Positions 56,706 to 64,000 of a DNA stretch of 64,000 bases are shown here, one piece after another (the first letter of the stretch is position 1; the number at the start of each line of letters is the position of its first letter). A program made the translations under genes and the position numbers. The DNA is taken from NCBI GenBank assembly GCA_964016885.1, contig OZ024742.1, positions 195,238,001 through 195,302,000 of the forward strand. The letters are read 5' to 3'. The notes under the pieces are model-generated. The model had not been told where the DNA came from. It saw only the letters and a program-made list of their open reading frames with translations, and did no database searches. The stretch comes from Eledone cirrhosa. Taxonomy: Eukaryota.

Positions 56706-59700
56706 CATTACATTACAGTGGACAACCTCTTCATCCCTTCCCCCCTCATTATATTACATTGGGACACATCCTTTCCCTCATTAGTGAGCAGCCTTCTTCC
56801 TCCGCCATTACATTACAGTGGACAACCTCTTGCTCCCCTCCTTCATTACATTACAGTGGACAACCTCTTCCTCCCCTCCTTCATTACATTACAGTGGACA
56901 ACCTCTTCCTCCCTTCCTTCATTACATTACAGTGGACAACCTCTTCCTCCCCTCCTTCATTACATTACAGTGGACAACCTCTTCCTACCCTCCTTCATTA
57001 CATTACAGTGGACAACCTCTTCCTCCCCTCCTTCATTACATTACAGTGGAAAACCTCTTCCTCCCCTCCTTCATTACATTACAGTGGACAACCTCTTCCT
57101 CCCCTCCTTCATTACATTACAGTGGACAACCTCTTCCTACCCTCCTTCATTACATTACAGTGGACAACCTCTTCCCCCCCCCCTCCTTCATTACATTACA
57201 GTGGACAACCTCTTCCTCCCCTCCTTCATTACATTACAGTGGACAACATCCCCCCCCTCCACCTTCATTACATTACAGTGGGCAACCTCTTCCTCCCCTC
57301 CTTCATTACATTACAGTGGACAACCTCTTCCTCCCCTCCTTCATTACATTACAGTGGACAACCTCTTCCTACCCTCCTTCATTACATTACAGTGGACAAC
57401 CTTTTCCTCCCCTCCTTCATTACATTACAGTGGACAACCTCTTCCTCCCCTCCTTCATTACATTACAGTGGACAACCTCTTCCTCCCCTCCTTCATTACA
57501 TTACAGTGGACAACCTCTTCCTCCCCTCCTTCATTACAATACAGTGGACAACCTCTTCCTCCCCTCCTTCATTACATTACAGTGGACAACCTCTTCCTCC
57601 CCTCCTTCATTACATTACAGTGGACAACCTCTTCCTCCCCTCCTTCATTACATTACAGTGGACAACCTCTTCCTCCCCTCCTTCATTACATTACAGTGGA
57701 CAACCTCTTCCTCCCCTCCTTCATTACATTACAGTGGACAACCCCTCCCCCCCTCCTTCGTTACATTACAGTGGACAACCTCTTCCTCCCCTCCTTCATT
57801 ACATTACAGTAGACAACCTCTTCCTCCCCTCCTTCATTACATTACAGTGGACAACCTCTTCCTCCCCTCCTTCATTACATTACAGTGGACAACCTCTTCC
57901 TCCCCTCCTTCATTACATTACAGTGGACAACCTCTTCCTCCCCTCCTTCATTACATTACAGTGGACAACATCTTCCTCCCCTCCTTCATTACATTACAGT
58001 GGACAACCTCTTCCTCCCCTCCTTCATTACATTACAGTGGACAACCTCTTCCTCCGCCATTACATTACAGTGGACAACCTCTTCCTCCCCTCCTTCATTA
58101 CATTACAGTGGACAACCTCTTCCTCCCCCCCTTCATTACATTACAGTGGACAACCTCTTCCTCCCCTCCTTCATTACATTACAGTGGACAACCTCTTCCT
58201 CCGCCATTACATTACAGTGGACAACCTCTTCCTCCCCTCCTTCATTACATTACAGTGGACAACCTCTTCCTCCCCTCCTTCATTACATTACAGTGGACAA
58301 CCTCTTCCTCCCCTCCTTCATTACATTACAGTGGACAACCTCTTCCTCCCCTCCTTCATTACATTACAGTGGACAACCTCTTCCTCCCCTCCTTCATTAC
58401 ATTACAGTGGACAACCTCTTCCTCCCCTCCTTCATTACATTACAGTGGACAACCTCTTCCTCCCCTCCGCCATTACATTACAGTGGACAACCTCTTCCTC
58501 CCCTCCTTCATTACATTACAGTGGACAACCTCTTCCTACCCACCTTCATTACATTACAGTGGACAACCTCTTCCTCCCCTCCTTCATTACATTATAGTGG
58601 ACAACCTCTTCCTCCCCTCCGCCATTACATTACAGTGGACAACCTCTTCCTCCCCTCCTTCATTACATTACAGTGGACAACCTCTTCCTACCCACCTTCA
58701 TTACAGTGGACAACCTCTTCCTACCCACCTTCATTACATTACAGTGGACAACCTCTTCCTCCCCTCCTTCATTACATTACAGTGGACAACCTCTTCCTAC
58801 CCACCTTCATTACATTATAGTGGACAACCTCTTCCTCCCCTCCTTCATTACATTACAGTGGACAACCTCTTCCTACCCACCTTCATTACATTATAGTGGA
58901 CAACCTCTTCCTCCCCTCCTTCATTACATTACAGTGGACAACCTCTTCCTACCTTCCTTCATTACATTACAGTGGACAACCTCTTCCTCCCCTCCTTCAT
59001 TACACTACAGTGGACAACCTCTTCCTCCCCTCCTTCATTACATTACAGTGGACAACCTCTTCCTCCCCTCCTTCATTACACTACAGTGGACAACCTCTTC
59101 CTCCCCTCCTTCATTACATTACAGTGGACAACCTCTTCCTCCCCTCCGCCATTACATTACAGTGGACAACCTCTTCCTCCCCTCCTTCATTACATTACAG
59201 TGGACAACCTCTTCCTCCCCTCCTTCATTACATTACAGTGGACAACCTCTTCCTCCCCTCCTTCATTACATTACAGTGGACAACCTCTTCCTCCCCTCCT
59301 TCATTACATTACAGTGGACAACCTCTTCCTCCCCTCCTTCATTACATTACAGTGAACAACCTCTTCCTACCCACCTTCATTACATTACAGTGGACAACCT
59401 CTTCCTCCCCTCCTTCATTACATTATAGTGGACAACCTCTTCCTCCCCTCCGCCATTACATTACAGTGGACAACCTCTTCCTCCCCTCCTTCATTACATT
59501 ACAGTGGACAACCTCTTCCTACCCACCTTCATTACAGTGGACAACCTCTTCCTACCCACCTTCATTACATTACAGTGGACAACCTCTTCCTCCCCTCCTT
59601 CATTACATTACAGTGGACAACCTCTTCCTACCCACCTTCATTACATTATAGTGGACAACCTCTTCCTCCCCTCCTTCATTACATTACAGTGGACAACCTC

Positions 59701-62700
59701 TTCCTACCCACCTTCATTACATTATAGTGGACAACCTCTTCCTCCCCTCCTTCATTACATTACAGTGGACAACCTCTTCCTACCTTCCTTCATTACATTA
59801 CAGTGGACAACCTCTTCCTCCCCTCCTTCATTACACTACAGTGGACAACCTCTTCCTCCCCTCCTTCATTACATTACAGTGGACAACCTCTTCCTCCCCT
59901 CCTTCATTACACTACAGTGGACAACCTCTTCCTCCCCTCCTTCATTACATTACAGTGGACAACCTCTTCCTCCCCTCCGCCATTACATTACAGTGGACAA
60001 CCTCTTCCTCCCCTCCTTCATTACATTACAGTGGACAACCTCTTCCTCCCCTCCTTCATTACATTACAGTGGACAACCTCTTCCTCCCCTCCTTCATTAC
60101 ATTACAGTGGACAACCTCTTCCTCCCCTCCTTCATTACATTAAAGTGGACAACCTCTTCCTCCCCTCCGCCATTACATTACAGTGGACAACCTCTTCCTA
60201 CCCACCTTCATTACAGTGGGCAACCTCTTCCTACCCTCCTTCATTACATTACAGTGGACAACCTCTTCCTCCCCTCCTTCATTACATTAAAGTGGACAAC
60301 CTCTTCCTCCCCTCCGCCATTACATTACAGTGGACAACCTCTTCCTACCCACCTACATTACAGTGGGCAACCTCTTCCTACCCTCCTTCATTACATTACA
60401 GTGGACAACCTCTTCCTCCCCTCCTTCATTACATTACAGTGGACAACCTCTTCCTCCCCTCCTTCATTACATTACAGTGGACAACCTCTTCCTCCCCTCC
60501 TTCATTACATTACAGTGGTCAACCTCTTCCTCCCCTCCTTCATTACATTACAGTGGACAACCTCTTCCTCCCCTCCTTCATTACATTACAGTGGACAACC
60601 TCTTCCTCCCCTCCTTCATTACATTACAGTGGACAACCTCTTCCTCCCCTCCTTCATTACATTACAGTGGACAACCTCTTCCTCCCCTCCTTCATTACAT
60701 TACAGTGGACAACCTCTTCCTCCCCTCCTTCATTACATTACAGTGGACAACCTCTTCCTCCCCTCCGCCATTACATTACAGTGGACAACCTCTTCCTCCC
60801 CTCCTTCATTACATTACAGTGGACAACCTCTTCCTCCCCTCCTACATTACATTACAGTGGACAACCTCTTCCTCCCCTCCTTCATTACATTACAGTGTAC
60901 AACCTCTTCCTCCCCTCCTTCATTACATTACAGTGGACAACCTCTTCCTCCCCTCCTTCATTACATTACAGTGGACAACCTCTTCCTCCCCTCCTTCATT
61001 ACATTACAGTGGACAACCTCTTCCTCCCCTCCTTCATTACATTACAGTGGACAACCTCTTCCTCCCCTCCGCCATTACATTACAGTGGACAACCTCTTCC
61101 TCCCCTCCTTCATTACATTACAGTGGACAACCTCTTCCTCCCCTCCTACATTACATTACAGTGGACAACCTCTTCCTCCCCTCCTTCATTACATTACAGT
61201 GGACAACCTCTTCCTCCCCTCCTTCATTACATTACAGTGGACAACCTCTTCCTCCCCTCCTTCATTACATTACAGTGGACAACCTCTTCCTCCCCTCCTT
61301 CATTACATTACAGTGGACAACCTCTTCCTCCCCTCCTTCATTACATTACAGTGGACAACCTCTTCCTCCCCTCCTTCATTACATTACAGTGGACAACCTC
61401 TTCCTCCCCTCCTTCATTACATTACAGTGGACAACCTCTTCCTCCCCTCCGCCATTACATTACAGTGGACAACCTCTTCCTACCCACCTTCATTACATTA
61501 CAGTGGACAACCTCTTCCTCCCCTCCTTCATTACATTACAGTGGACAACCTCTTCCTCCCCTCCTACATTACATTACAGTGGACAACCTCTTCCTCCCCT
61601 CCTTCATTACATTACAGTGGACAACCTCTTCCTCCCCTCCTTCATTACATTACAGTGGACAACCTCTTCCTCCCCTCCTACATTACATTACAGTGGACAA
61701 CCTCTTCCTCCCCTCCTTCATTACATTACAGTGGACAACCTCTTCCTCCCCTCCGCCATTACATTACAGTGGACAACCTCTTCCTCCCCTCCTTCATTAC
61801 ATTACAGTGGACAACCTCTTCCACCCCTACTTCATTACATTACAGTGGACAACCTATTCCTACCCTCCTTCATTACAATACAGTGGACAACCTCTTCCTC
61901 CCCTCCTTCATTACATTACAGTGGACAACCTCTTCCTCCCCTCCTACATTACATTACAGTGGACAACCTCTTCCTACCCACCTTCATTACATTACAGTGG
62001 ACAACCTCTTCCTCCCCTCCGCCATTACATTACAGTGGACAACCTCTTCCTACCCACCTTCATTACATTACAGTGGACAACCTCTTCCTCCCCTCCGCCA
62101 TTACATTACAGTGGACAACCTCTTCCTACCCACCTTCATTACATTATAGTGGACAACCTCTTCCTCCCCTCCTTCATTACATTACAGTGGACAACCTCTT
62201 CCTCCCCTCCTTCACTACATTACAGTGGACAACCTCTTCCTCTCCTCCTTCATTACATTACAGTGGACAACCTCTTCCTCCCCTCCTTCATTACATTACA
62301 GTGGACAACCTCTTCCTCCCCTCCTACATTACATTACAGTGGACAACCTCTTCCTCCCCTCCTTCATTACAATACAGTGGACAACCTCTTCCTCCCCTCC
62401 TTCATTACATTACAGTGGACAACCTCTTCCTCCCCTCCTTCATTACACTACAGTGGACAACCTCTTCCTCCCCTCCTTCATTACATTACAGTGGACAACC
62501 TCTTCCTCCCCTCCTTCATTACACTACAGTGGACAACCTCTTCCTCCCCTCCTTCATTACATTACAGTGGGCAACCTCTTCCTACCCTCCTTCATTACAT
62601 TACAGTGGACAACCTCTTCCTCCCCTCCTTCATTACATTACAGTGGACAACCTCTTCCTCCCCTCCTTCATTACATTACAGTGGACAACCTCTTCCTCCC

Positions 62701-64000
62701 CTCCTTCATTACATTACAGTGGTCAACCTCTTCCTCCCCTCCTTCATTACATTACAGTGGACAACCTCTTCCTCCCCTCCTTCATTACATTACAGTGGAC
62801 AACCTCTTCCTCCCCTCCTTCATTACATTACAGTGGACAACCTCTTCCTCCCCTCCTTCATTACATTACAGTGGACAACCTCTTCCTCCCCTCCTTCATT
62901 ACATTACAGTGGACAACCTCTTCCTCCCCTCCTTCATTACATTACAGTGGACAACCTCTTCCTCCCCTCCGCCATTACATTACAGTGGACAACCTCTTCC
63001 TCCCCTCCTTCATTACATTACAGTGGACAACCTCTTCCTCCCCTCCTACATTTCATTACAGTGGACAACCTCTTCCTCCCCTCCTTCATTACATTACAGT
63101 GTACAACCTCTTCCTCCCCTCCTTCATTACATTACAGTGGACAACCTCTTCCTCCCCTCCTTCATTACATTACAGTGGACAACCTCTTCCTCCCCTCCTT
63201 CATTACATTACAGTGGTCAACCTCTTCCTCCCCTCCTTCATTACATTACAGTGGACAACCTCTTCCTCCCCTCCTTCATTACATTACAGTGGACAACCTC
63301 TTCCTCCCCTCCTTCATTACATTACAGTGGACAACCTCTTCCTCCCCTCCTTCATTACATTACAGTGGACAACCTCTTCCTCCCCTCCTTCATTACATTA
63401 CAGTGGACAACCTCTTCCTCCCCTCCTTCATTACATTACAGTGGACAACCTCTTCCTCCCCTCCGCCATTACATTACAGTGGACAACCTCTTCCTCCCCT
63501 CCTTCATTACATTACAGTGGACAACCTCTTCCTCCCCTCCTACATTACATTACAGTGGACAACCTCTTCCTCCCCTCCTTCATTACATTACAGTGTACAA
63601 CCTCTTCCTCCCCTCCTTCATTACATTACAGTGGACAACCTCTTCCTCCCCTCCTTCATTACATTACAGTGGACAACCTCTTCCTCCCCTCCTTCATTAC
63701 ATTACAGTGGACAACCTCTTCCTCCCCTCCTTCATTACATTACAGTGGACAACCTCTTCCTCCCCTCCTTCATTACATTACAGTGGACAACCTCTTCCTC
63801 CCCTCCTTCATTACATTACAGTGGACAACCTCTTCCTCCCCTCCGCCATTACATTACAGTGGACAACCTCTTCCTCCCCTCCTTCATTACATTACAGTGG
63901 ACAACCTCTTCCTCCCCTCCTACATTACATTACAGTGGACAACCTCTTCCTCCCCTCCTTCATTACATTACAGTGGACAACCTCTTCCTCCCCTCCTTCA
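56706..64000. repeat. 38-bp minisatellite, about 190 units, runs off the window end
   Basis: CATTACATTACAGTGGACAACCTCTTCCTCCCCTCCTT. Confidence 0.98.

Noticed and set aside
56718-62149. Long ORFs (up to 881 aa) in the 38-bp array; CRISPR-like appearance
   Set aside because: Pure tandem repeat without unique spacers; the unit lacks stop codons on this strand, so the ORFs are artefacts.

Overview
Gene-poor, repeat-saturated animal DNA, most likely from an octopod cephalopod (judged from the RTE 3' end, the SINE family and the very high (TA)n/(CA)n/(GA)n density). I see no host protein-coding gene. Protein-coding mobile elements: a near full-length RTE LINE, a Penelope-like element (PLE) with an open RT + GIY-YIG frame plus a second 3' copy, a split and inverted PLE of another lineage, and a decayed mariner. 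Non-coding elements: an LTR element, two non-autonomous Helitrons, SINEs and a 38-bp minisatellite over 7 kb long. The main hidden signal is about 20 type I hammerhead ribozyme (HHR) motifs, folded by eye, from roughly 10 sequence families. Nearly all lie in PLE UTRs or in short non-coding tandem or inverted units inserted in (TA)n, resembling non-LTR retrozymes. Two families carry compensatory changes of the catalytic C3-G8 pair (U3-A8 and G3-C8). All RNA structures are manual predictions and none has been tested.
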